Shown in pieces: positions 48,848-59,566 of a stretch of 64,000 bases of DNA. Positions within the stretch are counted from its first letter, which is position 1. Each line of letters starts with the position of its first letter. The position numbers were made by a program, and so were the translations under genes. The notes below the pieces were generated by a model, which had not been told where the DNA came from, made no database searches, and saw only the letters and a program-made list of their open reading frames with translations. Source of the stretch: a virus (Duplodnaviria > Caudoviricetes); the IMG/VR virus record IMGVR_UViG_3300033066_001786, positions 1 through 64,000 of that record, one strand, 5' to 3'.

Positions 48848-49229
48848 ACTATTAAAGTCTTTTGATGATTCAATCGATACAGTAATACGCGGTGTTTTTT
48901 CTTTTAAAGAAGGAAAAATAGAAAACAAAGATTATAAAGTTGTTAAAAAGAAAGGGTACTATTTAGTATATTACTGCGGGACAACACATTACGGTATAAT
49001 ATACAGTAAATGTTTTGCAGAAAAATTAGTATCTGTTTTAAAAAGCGGTAAACGTGGCAAATTAAACGACCTTAATAAGTTAGGTAAAGACCTTAATAAG
49101 CACTATTTAGATATAGTTTTTTACAATCACAGGATTAGTAAAAAAGAAGATGCTGCTATATTCGAAACTAGAAAGGTAGAATCTATGCTACATATACAAG
49201 AAATCGAAGAAAGACTAAAATATTTCTAA
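48804..49229 (+). CDS. Hypothetical protein
   Basis: 141-aa ORF. Confidence 0.55.
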   Translation: MSTKNLDQKQEIKNKLLKSFDDSIDTVIRGVFSFKEGKIENKDYKVVKKKGYYLVYYCGTTHYGIIYSKCFAEKLVSVLKSGKRGKLNDLNKLGKDLNKHYLDIVFYNHRISKKEDAAIFETRKVESMLHIQEIEERLKYF

Positions 49230-49268
49230 ATTTGATAAATAATATAATAAAGTATCGTAAGGGCCAAG

Positions 49269-50702
49269 ATGCTATTAAATGACATTACTATAACTAATGA
49301 ACATAAAGTTGCGAAGATAAATACCTTTCTTAAGGAAAAGTATGGGTTTTCCTTACCAACTAATGCAAGTGTAGATAAACTTGAAGAAGCATATGATTAT
49401 TTAAAAAATAGTCTAGTTGACATGAAAAGAAGAAAAATGTCACCTAATGACCCAGATTATATTAAGGGCCTGCTTGTATTTGAAGGTGTACAAGTTCTAC
49501 TTGATAGGGAATATGTTAATAGCAACATACCTAATCGCACTTTTAGAAAAGTGATTACAGATTTAGTAGATAAAGGCATAAACTTAATACGCCTAGGCGA
49601 TACATTCAAAGAAGCCATGAATAGCTTAATGCGAGATTACAGATCGAGTATATATCGTTACAATGATTCCACTATCGAATCTGAAGTATCAAACGGATTA
49701 AAGGGTTTTTTTAAAAAAGAATTAGCAGAAATGGAAGCTGAACATATGCAAACAACAAATAATGAAATTTTAGAAAATGAATTACAATGCGGCGCAGAAG
49801 TCCAGCCCATATTAAACGACGAAGAACGCGATCAATTAATTGCAAATGACTATGTAATACACGATGTGTGTGTATTAGTTAAATTACTTGATTATTATAG
49901 CGACGAAATTAGCAGCTCAGGTATTGACGCAGCTGACACTGACGCCCTTATCGATTGTGTAAGAAGTTACTTAGCAAGAGATATCGGCGGGATGGAACAA
50001 GAAGCATATGATTACAGAAAAGAAGCACCGGTTAATAGAAAAGACAGAGAAGAGATATCCAGAGAAGTAAGAGATGCAGCCTCAGTATATTTAAAAAATA
50101 AAGATAGCAAGTTAAGTGTTATGGGTTTAGAACCAAAAACAGATGACGGACGTCAAACTTTTATACACCCTAAATTCATCAAGAAAGAAAGTATCGATGA
50201 ATCATATATTAAGAGAGTGCGCTCTTTACTTGAAAGCGAAGTGGGCCAAGCAGAAGTTTTAATGGCAGCAAAAGGCTTTGCTAAAGATTTGCAAGAAATG
50301 ATAGAAAAATTAGGAAGACTAGTTAACGAAGATTTAGGCCCGGTAGTTGATCAAATGAGAGAAACATACGGCATGGATGTTGCGGAACATTTTTCAGATA
50401 CTATGAGAAGCGATATGGACAGTGCTTTAGATTTGTTACTTTCGTTAAAAGACAATATTGAATTATCTGTACATAACATTGCAGACGGAGAATACAATTC
50501 CCAAGAAAACGACATGGATGTTATGCCTAGCAACGACAAAACAGATTTGAGTGTAGATTTAGGTGCTAACGCAGAGTTTGGCGATGATTTCGGCGATGTT
50601 TCAACTGAAGAACCATTAGGAAGACCAACTAAAGAATCAGTTGAACACTTAAGAGCACAAATTACCGAAATGAAAAATGCACTCAAAAAAGTCAAGAAAT
50701 AA
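49269..50702 (+). CDS. Putative prohead core/scaffold-like protein
   Basis: Acidic helical; LLESEV.QAEV.MAAK....LQ.MIE motif; EEPLGR..KES C-terminus; GATAAATA at 49234-49241. Confidence 0.55.
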   Translation: MLLNDITITNEHKVAKINTFLKEKYGFSLPTNASVDKLEEAYDYLKNSLVDMKRRKMSPNDPDYIKGLLVFEGVQVLLDREYVNSNIPNRTFRKVITDLVDKGINLIRLGDTFKEAMNSLMRDYRSSIYRYNDSTIESEVSNGLKGFFKKELAEMEAEHMQTTNNEILENELQCGAEVQPILNDEERDQLIANDYVIHDVCVLVKLLDYYSDEISSSGIDAADTDALIDCVRSYLARDIGGMEQEAYDYRKEAPVNRKDREEISREVRDAASVYLKNKDSKLSVMGLEPKTDDGRQTFIHPKFIKKESIDESYIKRVRSLLESEVGQAEVLMAAKGFAKDLQEMIEKLGRLVNEDLGPVVDQMRETYGMDVAEHFSDTMRSDMDSALDLLLSLKDNIELSVHNIADGEYNSQENDMDVMPSNDKTDLSVDLGANAEFGDDFGDVSTEEPLGRPTKESVEHLRAQITEMKNALKKVKK

Positions 50703-51031
50703 TGAGACTATACGAGATCGATTCAGGTTATGATGTGTCTACTTTAAAAGTAGACACTGAATCGCTTCTTATGAACTTATTAGCGGATGGCGTTACAAAA
50801 GTTGATACTGCCAAAGTAGTAAATTATTTAAACCAATTAGGTAATACTGTTACTACTGATTCGATTCAATCTATATTACATGCAATACCTAATGTAGTAG
50901 AATCTAATAGCGAATATATTACGTTAGGTAACGACGAAGCAACTGGATCCGACGAAAATACCAAAGATGATAATGCAGATGCTGTAGAAAAGATGGCAAT
51001 AGATTCTGCAGAAAAGAGTATAAACAAATGA
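50702..51031 (+). CDS. Hypothetical acidic protein
   Basis: MRLYEI start; V.KMA...A C-terminus. Confidence 0.6.
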   Translation: MRLYEIDSGYDVSTLKVDTESLLMNLLADGVTKVDTAKVVNYLNQLGNTVTTDSIQSILHAIPNVVESNSEYITLGNDEATGSDENTKDDNADAVEKMAIDSAEKSINK

Positions 51032-51363
51032 GTTGCGAATCAAAAGGTTTTTTAACAGCAGTAGATGCACGTAGTTCATCTAGAGACTATCAGACAATTT
51101 TTTCTGAAATATGCACAATAGAGCATGCGATTTTAGATTCTGTTGATTCTAAGCTTTTTAGTGCATTAGTTGACCATAATAGTGCTTCTATTATGACTAC
51201 TGACGAAGCGTACTATAATTCCTATAATAAAATTTCTGTTAGTAGAGAAATCGACGACCAAATTCAATATGTTAGCAGCTATTTTACTTCACTCGGTTAC
51301 ACTTTTAGAATACAAACAGACCCAAGCACAACAAATACACTTCAATGGTATATCTCCTGGTAA
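51028..51363 (+). CDS. Hypothetical protein
   Basis: 111 aa ending YF..LGY......W.ISW. Confidence 0.6.
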   Translation: MSCESKGFLTAVDARSSSRDYQTIFSEICTIEHAILDSVDSKLFSALVDHNSASIMTTDEAYYNSYNKISVSREIDDQIQYVSSYFTSLGYTFRIQTDPSTTNTLQWYISW

Positions 51364-51428
51364 TTTAGAAATTTGCTTGTTTTATTTTGTTTAAACTGTA
51401 TAATTTATACAAATAAGAAGAAAAACAA

Positions 51429-52109
51429 ATGCAAATCTCGAATACATACACTTTCCCCGTTTTAAATAGAATAGATTCGGATTCCGGAAGAAAATACGTA
51501 ACCCCGGAAGGTGAACACTTACCTTCTGTTACTACTATACTTTCCGCAACAAAAGAAAATGAAATAGGTTTAATAAAGTGGAGAGAAAGGGTAGGGGAAG
51601 ACGAAGCAAACCGAATTGTTAAAGAATCGACAGATATAGGTACAGCACTACATAGTAACTTAGAGAATCATTTATTAACTAATACACCGCCTACAGGGTC
51701 TGTATTAGTTAAATTAATGACAAAGTTAGTCATAGACAAAGGCCTAACAAATGTGTCAACAGTGTGGGGTTTAGAATCACCGTTATACGCTAAGGGATTA
51801 TTTGCAGGAACAACTGACTTGATTGCAACATATAAAGGTAATTTGGCAATTGTCGACTATAAGAATAGTAAAACAATTAAAAAAGAAGAATATGTTTTAG
51901 ATTATTATACTCAACTTTGTGCATATTCGATGGCATTCAACGAAATGTTCAACGAGAACATTAAAGTTGGTTATATTTTAATGGCATCGAGAGATTTAAA
52001 ATTTAAAGAATATGAATTATCCGGTAGTAACTTTATAAAACATAAAAGCATTTGGGACAGTAAACTAGAGAAGTTCTACGGTTCAGATAAATACAATAAT
52101 AAGATTTGA
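51429..52109 (+). CDS. PD-(D/E)XK exonuclease (Cas4/RecB-like superfamily)
   Basis: R.Y.TP.G..LPSVTTIL, GT..H..LE, AGTTD, IVDYK, QL.AY. Confidence 0.85.
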   Translation: MQISNTYTFPVLNRIDSDSGRKYVTPEGEHLPSVTTILSATKENEIGLIKWRERVGEDEANRIVKESTDIGTALHSNLENHLLTNTPPTGSVLVKLMTKLVIDKGLTNVSTVWGLESPLYAKGLFAGTTDLIATYKGNLAIVDYKNSKTIKKEEYVLDYYTQLCAYSMAFNEMFNENIKVGYILMASRDLKFKEYELSGSNFIKHKSIWDSKLEKFYGSDKYNNKI

Positions 52110-52116
52110 GGATAAT

Positions 52117-53610
52117 ATGCCATCTGACCAATTTGGGAATAGAATTTATTCGCGTATGTTAAATAGGCGCGGTAATCGTGTTAATTTACCGCAACCTTTA
52201 GAACCCGCCGAATTAGGTTGGGCAACTGATGTTAAGAAGTTATATATCGGTTTAGATGATGCCAATGCTCTTCCTATAATTGATTTGTATGAAGGCGTAG
52301 GGCTATTAGCAGAAGCTGAAAACAACATTAACAATAAGATGTTAGAATTTAATACTGTACCTTTTAGATTGTCTACAGTGTCTAATATTTCAGTAACAGG
52401 TTTGGGTATATTTAGCGAAGAAGGGTTAGTTGATAAATTAGACGAAATACCGTCGTCGTTAATGATATCTGAGAATAATAGACAGCCGTTAAATAATATA
52501 GAAAACAATTTGATGTTTTTTGGCGCAGCAAAATCAACAATGAATGATTTGTTAGCAGAATACGGCCAACATCAGTATGTTTATGCATACGATTGGGCTA
52601 AATTACCTAATGTGACAGCTACAGCGTCGGCCTCTATTCTCTTTGGAAATCTTGTATCTGTTAATATTATCGATTATGGTTTAGGTTATTATTCAACAGT
52701 TCCAAATATTACTATAACAGGCGATGGATCAAATGCCGCTGCATCTGCAACTATATCAAATGGAAGATTATCAGGTATTAATATAGATAATTCTGGTTCA
52801 GGTTATACTACACTTTCTATTACGATTGATCCTCCAGAGTTGCCCGGTATAGGGGAATCTGCATTAAATTACATCTTCACTTTTCATATGGGTATTTTAG
52901 ATTTAAACGACGGCACAGAAATAACAAATGCAAATCTTAAAAGTATTCAAGACGGAATAATAGCATCTGATATTTTTTACGATTGCGGTGTAGTAGGTGT
53001 TAACGCATATTCGGGTTTAGATACTTACCAAAAAAGCTATGCTTTCGTTGACAACGTAATGACGTTGTTATCAACGCCAAGGGCTACTGCAAATATAGCA
53101 GGTATTATAAATAGATTATCTGCAGATTCGTATATTAGCGGATTAGTCAACGTTAGACAGAATGTTGAAATTTTAACTAGTTTATCAGGAGTAGGAGGCG
53201 CAACTACAGATGAAGTTGTACTTACCTTTGTTTTAGCACCTAGTGCAGTGTTAGTTGATATTTATAGTGTAGAAAATGGTTATTTAGCATGGGATACTGC
53301 TGTAACTGAAAATCAAGTAGTTGAGTATGCATTGGGTTTCGAGGATTCGTTTTGTAGAACCGGACGTTTAAATGTTTCAACATTAAACGCATCGTTAAGT
53401 AGTGGTATAGTAGGTGACGATTATGTAGACAGTCGAGACGGAGTTTTACCGGTAGATATCGGTGGCCCAGATTTTAATTTTTATGCACACCATGACACTG
53501 GAGACGGTTTTGTGTATTTGCGATACTGTCATGATTTTCCAGACGTAGTTACTTTAAGAGTGCATGTCGAATTAGAATGGCAAGCGTTCCCTTTTGAAGG
53601 TCCAATCTAA
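52117..53610 (+). CDS. Virion structural protein (baseplate/tail associated)
   Basis: RRG....LPQPL...ELGWA.D...LYIG N-terminus; G.GY...P.ITITGDG repeats; GATAAATA at 52086-52093. Confidence 0.6.
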   Translation: MPSDQFGNRIYSRMLNRRGNRVNLPQPLEPAELGWATDVKKLYIGLDDANALPIIDLYEGVGLLAEAENNINNKMLEFNTVPFRLSTVSNISVTGLGIFSEEGLVDKLDEIPSSLMISENNRQPLNNIENNLMFFGAAKSTMNDLLAEYGQHQYVYAYDWAKLPNVTATASASILFGNLVSVNIIDYGLGYYSTVPNITITGDGSNAAASATISNGRLSGINIDNSGSGYTTLSITIDPPELPGIGESALNYIFTFHMGILDLNDGTEITNANLKSIQDGIIASDIFYDCGVVGVNAYSGLDTYQKSYAFVDNVMTLLSTPRATANIAGIINRLSADSYISGLVNVRQNVEILTSLSGVGGATTDEVVLTFVLAPSAVLVDIYSVENGYLAWDTAVTENQVVEYALGFEDSFCRTGRLNVSTLNASLSSGIVGDDYVDSRDGVLPVDIGGPDFNFYAHHDTGDGFVYLRYCHDFPDVVTLRVHVELEWQAFPFEGPI

Positions 53611-53635
53611 CTAGTAAGAAAAAGGCAGATTATTG

Positions 53636-54049
53636 ATGCAGTGGAACAATAGTACCTTGCAGTCTAAAATATTAGACTGGCGAGTTTTTAGAAGTAATTT
53701 AGAAGCATTAACATTAGAAGAACAACTAAGAAGAATTGCAGAATATTTCTCAACTATACCTACTACTAGTAGATTATTAGATTACTACGATTCTTCCACT
53801 TGGCCGACGCCTTGGGAAATATTGGATTATTCTGTATTAGATGCAAATTATGTGTCTCTTCTAATGTATCACACTTTAAAGTTGATAAATGTTAGTTCTG
53901 AATTACATCTAATAGAGTCGCCCGATAATAAATACATCGTATTATTAGTTGAACAAAAATATCTGTTAAATTACATTCACAAAGAAGTTGTTAATTTAAA
54001 CGATTACGTCAGAGAAATAAAATTTTTAGAAAAGCATACTGGAGTATAA
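53636..54049 (+). CDS. Hypothetical phage protein
   Basis: WR.FR...WPTPWE motif. Confidence 0.6.
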   Translation: MQWNNSTLQSKILDWRVFRSNLEALTLEEQLRRIAEYFSTIPTTSRLLDYYDSSTWPTPWEILDYSVLDANYVSLLMYHTLKLINVSSELHLIESPDNKYIVLLVEQKYLLNYIHKEVVNLNDYVREIKFLEKHTGV

Positions 54050-56503
54050 ATGCGAGCAATATTAATTAAAAAAAGAGACGGAAGTAAAGAAGAATTTGAT
54101 GCTGAAAAAATTCATAAAATATTATTTTGGGCGACAGAAGGTATTGCAGGTGTTTCAGTTTCCCAGATAGAAATGAAATCACAGCTTCAAATGTATGCAG
54201 GCATTAAATCTACAGATATACATGAAATTTTGATTGCGGCAGCCCACGAACTTATATGCGAAGATACTCCGAATTATCAATGGGTTGCGGCCCGATTAAG
54301 ATTGTTTCAGATACGTAAAGAAGCAATAGGTCAATATGAGCCGATCCCGCTTTTAGATTTAGTTAAAAGAAATGTTAAATTAGAATATTATACAGGTGAA
54401 TTGCTTAGTTGGTACACTGAAGAAGAATGGGAAACAATTGATAGTTTCATTCAGCACGACAGGGATTATTCCTATGCATATGCAGGCATTGAACAAATTA
54501 GAGGAAAATATTTAGTACAGAACAGAGTTTCGAAAACTGTATATGAAACTCCTCAATATATGAATGTGTTAATTGCAGCAACAGTTTTTAATAATTATCC
54601 AAAATCTACAAGATTACATTTCGTTAAAGAGTTTTATGATTCTTTAAGTAAAATGCAAATATCCTTACCTACACCTATCATGTCAGGTTTGAGGACAAAA
54701 GTTAAACAGTTTTCTTCTTGTGTTTTAATTGAATCCGATGATAGTTTGCAGTCGATAAATGCAACGACTAGTTCTATTGTTAATTACATAAGTCAGAAAG
54801 CCGGCATCGGCATAGAAGCAAGTAAAATTAGGGCAGTTAATTCTCCTATTAGAAACGGAGATGCAAAGCATACAGGTGTTACACCGTTTTTCAGATTGTT
54901 TCAAGCTGCTGTTAAAAGCTGTAGCCAAGGCGGAGTCAGAGGTGGAGCCGCAGTATTAAATTCTGTTTTTTGGCATTTGGAAATTGAGAACATACTCCAG
55001 TTGAAAAACAACAAAGGCACCGAAGAAAATTCCGCAAGGCAACTTGATTACTGTGTTTTATTCAATGGCTTTGCATATGAGCGTTTATTGTCGGGCGGAG
55101 ATTTAACTTTATTTAATCCTTCCGAAGTAAAAGATTTACATGCAGCTTTTTATTCCGATCAGGCAAAATTTAAAGAATTATACGAGAAATACGAAAAGAC
55201 TCCAGGATTAATGAAAAAGACTATTCCTGCTAGGGATTTATTTTCGTTGTTTCATACTGAGAGAAAAGAAACTGGACGAATTTATAAATTAAATATTGAC
55301 CATGCAAACAGTCACGGCGCATTTAATCCTGAGGTTGCCCCAATTAAAATGTCAAACCTCTGTTTGGAGGTCATACTTCCAACTAATCCAGTTAATGATA
55401 TTAATGGGGGATTTGAAAAAACATACATAAAAGTACCGTATGAAAAGTTAGATGATTATTTTGTCTGGAAGGCATTAAATAAAGAATGTGTGTTACGTTC
55501 CGGTCTTAATAAATATTTCTTTGATGCTATGGGCGAAGAAGGAAAAGAGTCAATTGAATATGTATATTTTAATGAATTAGTTGAAATTGAGAAAGCACCG
55601 GAAATTGCACTTTGTACATTAGCCGCAATCAATATGGGACAAATAAAAGAGTCGATCGATTTTAAAAAGCCCACAGAATTACTTGTCCGTGCATTAAATG
55701 AAATATTAGATTATCAAGATTATCCAGTTGACGCTGCTAAAATTGCAACTATGAAACGTAGACCGTTAGGTGTAGGTTTTATTAATATTGCATACTGGCT
55801 GGCTAAAAACGGTTTTACTTATAGTGGAATGGAAGGTCTTTCTAGATGGCACGAAATGACAGAAGCTTTCCAATATTATTTAATTTCTGCAAGTGTAGAA
55901 GTAGCAAAAGAAAAAGGAATGCCGTGTGCGGCATTTTCCGAAACAAAATATTCAAAGGGTATATTGCCAATTGATACTTACAAGAAGACGATCGATTCCG
56001 AAATTGGCAAGATTGATTTAAAGCTCAATTGGGAAAGATTAAGACAAGATGTATTGACTTACGGTATGTATAATAGTACATTATCTGCAGGGATGCCGTC
56101 GGAAGCAAGTTCGCTAGTAAGTAATGCAACAAACGGATTTGAAGCACCTAGGAGTTATGTTAGTGTTAAAGGCTCAGGAGAAGGCAGATTAAAACAAGTT
56201 GTGCCAGGTTTCCCAAAGCTAAAATCTAAATACGAATTAATGTGGGATCAGAAAGATTGTAGGGGATATTTGCGAATTTGTGCAATTGCACAAAAATTCT
56301 TCGATCAGACTATTTCCACTAATACGTTTTATAATCCTGACTTCTATGGCGGAGACGTGCCAATGTCAGAATTAATTAAAGATGACATTTATGCATACAA
56401 GCTTGGGTTAGCAACATTGTATTACTGTAATACATATGATGGTCAATCAGACGAAGTAAACGACAAAGACGATGATTGCGCAGGCGGCGCATGTAAAATA
56501 TAA
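54050..56503 (+). CDS. nrdA: Ribonucleotide reductase class Ia alpha subunit with ATP cone
   Basis: IKKRDG ATP cone, QFSSCVL, CSQGGVRGG, SNLCLE, EIALCTL, TLYY, C-terminal CAGGACKI. Confidence 0.97.
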   Translation: MRAILIKKRDGSKEEFDAEKIHKILFWATEGIAGVSVSQIEMKSQLQMYAGIKSTDIHEILIAAAHELICEDTPNYQWVAARLRLFQIRKEAIGQYEPIPLLDLVKRNVKLEYYTGELLSWYTEEEWETIDSFIQHDRDYSYAYAGIEQIRGKYLVQNRVSKTVYETPQYMNVLIAATVFNNYPKSTRLHFVKEFYDSLSKMQISLPTPIMSGLRTKVKQFSSCVLIESDDSLQSINATTSSIVNYISQKAGIGIEASKIRAVNSPIRNGDAKHTGVTPFFRLFQAAVKSCSQGGVRGGAAVLNSVFWHLEIENILQLKNNKGTEENSARQLDYCVLFNGFAYERLLSGGDLTLFNPSEVKDLHAAFYSDQAKFKELYEKYEKTPGLMKKTIPARDLFSLFHTERKETGRIYKLNIDHANSHGAFNPEVAPIKMSNLCLEVILPTNPVNDINGGFEKTYIKVPYEKLDDYFVWKALNKECVLRSGLNKYFFDAMGEEGKESIEYVYFNELVEIEKAPEIALCTLAAINMGQIKESIDFKKPTELLVRALNEILDYQDYPVDAAKIATMKRRPLGVGFINIAYWLAKNGFTYSGMEGLSRWHEMTEAFQYYLISASVEVAKEKGMPCAAFSETKYSKGILPIDTYKKTIDSEIGKIDLKLNWERLRQDVLTYGMYNSTLSAGMPSEASSLVSNATNGFEAPRSYVSVKGSGEGRLKQVVPGFPKLKSKYELMWDQKDCRGYLRICAIAQKFFDQTISTNTFYNPDFYGGDVPMSELIKDDIYAYKLGLATLYYCNTYDGQSDEVNDKDDDCAGGACKI

Positions 56504-56515
56504 TGGAAGAAAATA

Positions 56516-57652
56516 ATGAAGTATAAGACTTTTGAAACAGAAAAAAATGATATTTTAAAAGAGCCGATGTTCTTTGGTAATCCAATTAACATTTCTAGGT
56601 TCGATAAACAAAAATATCCATTTTTCGAAAAGCAAACAAAAAAACAATTAAGTTTCTTTTGGATACCCGAGGAAATTAGTTTAGATCAAGATTCGTCTAA
56701 TTTTCATAAGAATCTTGATGCAGCTAGTCAGCACATATTTACGTCTAATTTGAAGTATCAGATTATACTAGATTCTGTCCAAGGCAGGGCACCTAATATT
56801 GCCCTTCTTCCTCACACTTCTTTGCCTGAGCTTGAATCTTTTATTGAAACTTGGACAATGTTTGAGAATTTACATTCTCGTTCTTATACTCACTTAATTA
56901 AAAATATATACCCAGATCCGGGTAAAATATTAGACGATGTAGTTGATGTAAAAGAAATAGTAGAACGTGCGCAAGCAGTTACTAGTTATTATGATAGTTT
57001 TATTGAATATGCTAACTGGTATAATATGTTAGGTTATGGCAAACATATTGTTAACGGTGAGGAAATATACATAAATGAAGTAGAATTGCATAAGAAGTTA
57101 TTCCTTATGTTAGTTGCAATTAACATCCTCGAAGGTGTTCGTTTTTATGTGAGTTTTGCATGTACTTGGGGATTCTCCGAAGCACTCGGTTTAATGAATA
57201 AAAGTGCAAAGATAATTAAAATGATATGCAGAGATGAAAATTTGCATCTTGCAGTTACTTCTACTATAATTAAAAAATTCTTAGATGGCAGCGAAGGCGA
57301 GTTGATTAAGAGAGTTGCAAACGATTGTAAAGAAGAAGTTTACAATATGTATTCAATTGCAGTAGAACAAGAGAAAGAATGGGCAGATTATTTATTTAAA
57401 GATGGGTCTATAATAGGGCTAAATGCAGAAATTCTTAAAGATTATGTAGAATATATTGCAGACCGGCGTTTAAAAGGAATTGGACTAGAACCAATGTTTA
57501 AGCAAACTAGTAATCCGTTACCTTGGACAGAGCACTGGATCGGGTCAAAAGAAACACAAGTTGCCCCGCAAGAAGAAGAAATAACTTCGTATCTTGTAGG
57601 TGGTATTAAAAATGATCTCGGCGATGATAGTTTCGCCGGACTAAGTTTATAA
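56516..57652 (+). CDS. nrdB: Ribonucleotide reductase class Ia beta subunit
   Basis: FFWIPEE, LDSVQGR, E.LHSRSY, LEGVRFYVSF, RDENLH, APQE.EI.SY. Confidence 0.97.
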   Translation: MKYKTFETEKNDILKEPMFFGNPINISRFDKQKYPFFEKQTKKQLSFFWIPEEISLDQDSSNFHKNLDAASQHIFTSNLKYQIILDSVQGRAPNIALLPHTSLPELESFIETWTMFENLHSRSYTHLIKNIYPDPGKILDDVVDVKEIVERAQAVTSYYDSFIEYANWYNMLGYGKHIVNGEEIYINEVELHKKLFLMLVAINILEGVRFYVSFACTWGFSEALGLMNKSAKIIKMICRDENLHLAVTSTIIKKFLDGSEGELIKRVANDCKEEVYNMYSIAVEQEKEWADYLFKDGSIIGLNAEILKDYVEYIADRRLKGIGLEPMFKQTSNPLPWTEHWIGSKETQVAPQEEEITSYLVGGIKNDLGDDSFAGLSL

Positions 57653-57662
57653 GGTACATATA

Positions 57663-57950
57663 ATGTTACAAGAAATAAAAACTAACAACGTAAAAGGGTT
57701 TGTTTTTTCAAATGGGTTAGAATCTATTTGTAAAATAATAGAAGAAACAGAATCTACATATGTTGTAGAATGCTTGCGTTTAATAATTATGAACCCAGTT
57801 GGGGAATTGGCACTTAAACCTTTCCCGAATACAATTAACGATAATGAAAAACTAACAGTATACAAGAACGGTTTAACGATGGAATTTGATCCCGAATCGA
57901 ACATTGTTAAACAGTATAGTCAATTAACTACTACTATCGCCTTAATCTAA
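57663..57950 (+). CDS. Small hypothetical protein (Sm/SH3-like)
   Basis: NG.E.I.KI.EE....Y pattern; Y.Q.TT.I C-terminus. Confidence 0.55.
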   Translation: MLQEIKTNNVKGFVFSNGLESICKIIEETESTYVVECLRLIIMNPVGELALKPFPNTINDNEKLTVYKNGLTMEFDPESNIVKQYSQLTTTIALI

Positions 57951-58339
57951 TGCATTACGACCTAAGTAGGAATCTATGTGAGATTCTAGAGGAGTCTGAC
58001 TCCGTTAAGCATCTGATAAAATACAATAGCGATTTTGCAGGCGAATTATATTCTTCATTGTGTAATATTGAGTGGGTAGATTTAGAAGCTAAATTACCAG
58101 AAGGTGTTGATGCAATGGTTGATAAACTTAACGGAGTTACATACAATACTACATGGTCGTGTTCCTGGCGAGCAGCAGGTGGCATAGTAGCCGATCTTAG
58201 AAATAAGTACCTAAAAGCAAACGAAGATTACATGGACTGGTATTGTCGTGGAAACGAAGGTTATGTTAGCGATTTAGTTTTACACACTCTTGCACAGCAT
58301 GGTTTTAAACCGAGGGAAATATCTTGCGAAACTATTTAA
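57950..58339 (+). CDS. Hypothetical phage protein
   Basis: LY..LCN..W...WSCSWRAAGGIVADLR....DYMDWYC...EG.V. Confidence 0.65.
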   Translation: MHYDLSRNLCEILEESDSVKHLIKYNSDFAGELYSSLCNIEWVDLEAKLPEGVDAMVDKLNGVTYNTTWSCSWRAAGGIVADLRNKYLKANEDYMDWYCRGNEGYVSDLVLHTLAQHGFKPREISCETI

Positions 58340-59178
58340 ATTTATTAAGTGAAATATTAGAAGAAGGTACAGATTATGATGATCGTACTGGAGTAGGTTC
58401 TAAAAGTATTTTTGGTTCGACTATGAGGTGGGATTTATCTAAAGGTTTCCCAATTATAACAACTCGCAAAGTACCCTTTAGGTTTGCATTTGAAGAAACT
58501 ATGTTATTTTTGCGCGGACAAACAGATACTAAAATACTAGAAGAAAAAAACATCAACATATGGCAAGGCAACACCTCCCGAGAATTTTTAGACAGTAGAG
58601 GACTATTTGATTTAGAAGACGGTTCGCTAGGATTAGGTTACTCGCACCAATGGCGTAATTTCGGGGGAGAATTAAATATTGAAGGGTCAGGGGTTGACCA
58701 AATTAAGAATTTACTTAACGGTTTAAAAAACAACCCAAACGATAGAAGACACATTGTAACAGCATGGAACCCAACCCAGCTTAGTGGCACACCGTTGCCT
58801 CCCTGCCATTTAATGAACATGTATGCAGTAGAGAACGGCAAACTTAATAGCTGTTGGATACAAAGGTCCTGCGATACTGTCTATGGCATCCCAATGAACA
58901 TAATGTGTTATGCATTCTTAAATATTGCATTTTCTAAGATATTAGGATTAGAACCCGGTAAGCTAGTGTTTTTTGGGTGGAACGTACACATATATAATAA
59001 TCAGATAAGTATAGCTTCTGATCAAATTACACGTAAACCTTTTAGTTTGCCAACTCTTAATATTGCAAAAGATTTAACTTGTTTAGAAGATTTATTGCTG
59101 TTACAATATGAAGATATAAAAATAGAAAACTATATTTCTCACCCTGATTATCCAAATAAACCTAAAATGGCAACTTGA
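58324..59178 (+). CDS. thyA: Thymidylate synthase
   Basis: DRTGVG, FP..TTRK, Y..QWR, RR....WNP, LPPCH, QRSCD...G.P.N, HIY. Confidence 0.95.
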   Translation: MRNYLNLLSEILEEGTDYDDRTGVGSKSIFGSTMRWDLSKGFPIITTRKVPFRFAFEETMLFLRGQTDTKILEEKNINIWQGNTSREFLDSRGLFDLEDGSLGLGYSHQWRNFGGELNIEGSGVDQIKNLLNGLKNNPNDRRHIVTAWNPTQLSGTPLPPCHLMNMYAVENGKLNSCWIQRSCDTVYGIPMNIMCYAFLNIAFSKILGLEPGKLVFFGWNVHIYNNQISIASDQITRKPFSLPTLNIAKDLTCLEDLLLLQYEDIKIENYISHPDYPNKPKMAT

Positions 59179-59179
59179 T

Positions 59180-59566
59180 ATGCTCGACGAAGTCACAGTT
59201 AGTAAATTAGATGAGGCAATATCTTATCTGCTATATTTGCATTCTACTCAAGATTGCCAGACATTCTTAATGGCTAAGAAATTAGAAACTGGCGTTAATA
59301 CTAACGTTACTATTTTTAATTCTATTTTAGCAAGACTTGATGCAACAGAAGATGCAATAATAGATTGCGAAGCCAACGTAGATAGTTGTAGAAAAGATGT
59401 TTCTAGTTTAGATGATTTAGTAGACGATGCAAATAAGTTTGCCATGCAGTTAGAATCGAAAATAGAAGATGTGTCGGATAATATAGATTTGGCAGAAAGA
59501 GAATTAAAAGAAATCGAAAAAAGAATTAGTAGCTTAGAATATGATGTAAGTAGGATAGAGACATGA
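59180..59566 (+). CDS. Coiled-coil hypothetical protein
   Basis: Heptad-rich C-terminal half. Confidence 0.6.
   Translation: MLDEVTVSKLDEAISYLLYLHSTQDCQTFLMAKKLETGVNTNVTIFNSILARLDATEDAIIDCEANVDSCRKDVSSLDDLVDDANKFAMQLESKIEDVSDNIDLAERELKEIEKRISSLEYDVSRIET

Noticed and set aside
51429-52109. Cas4 as part of a CRISPR system
   Set aside because: It lacks the four-Cys Fe-S motif, and there is no array or other cas gene; it is a common stand-alone phage exonuclease.
58324-59178. ThyA homolog as a dCMP hydroxymethylase or base-modifying enzyme
   Set aside because: It keeps the dUMP-specifying Asn (G.PMN) and the canonical ThyA motifs.
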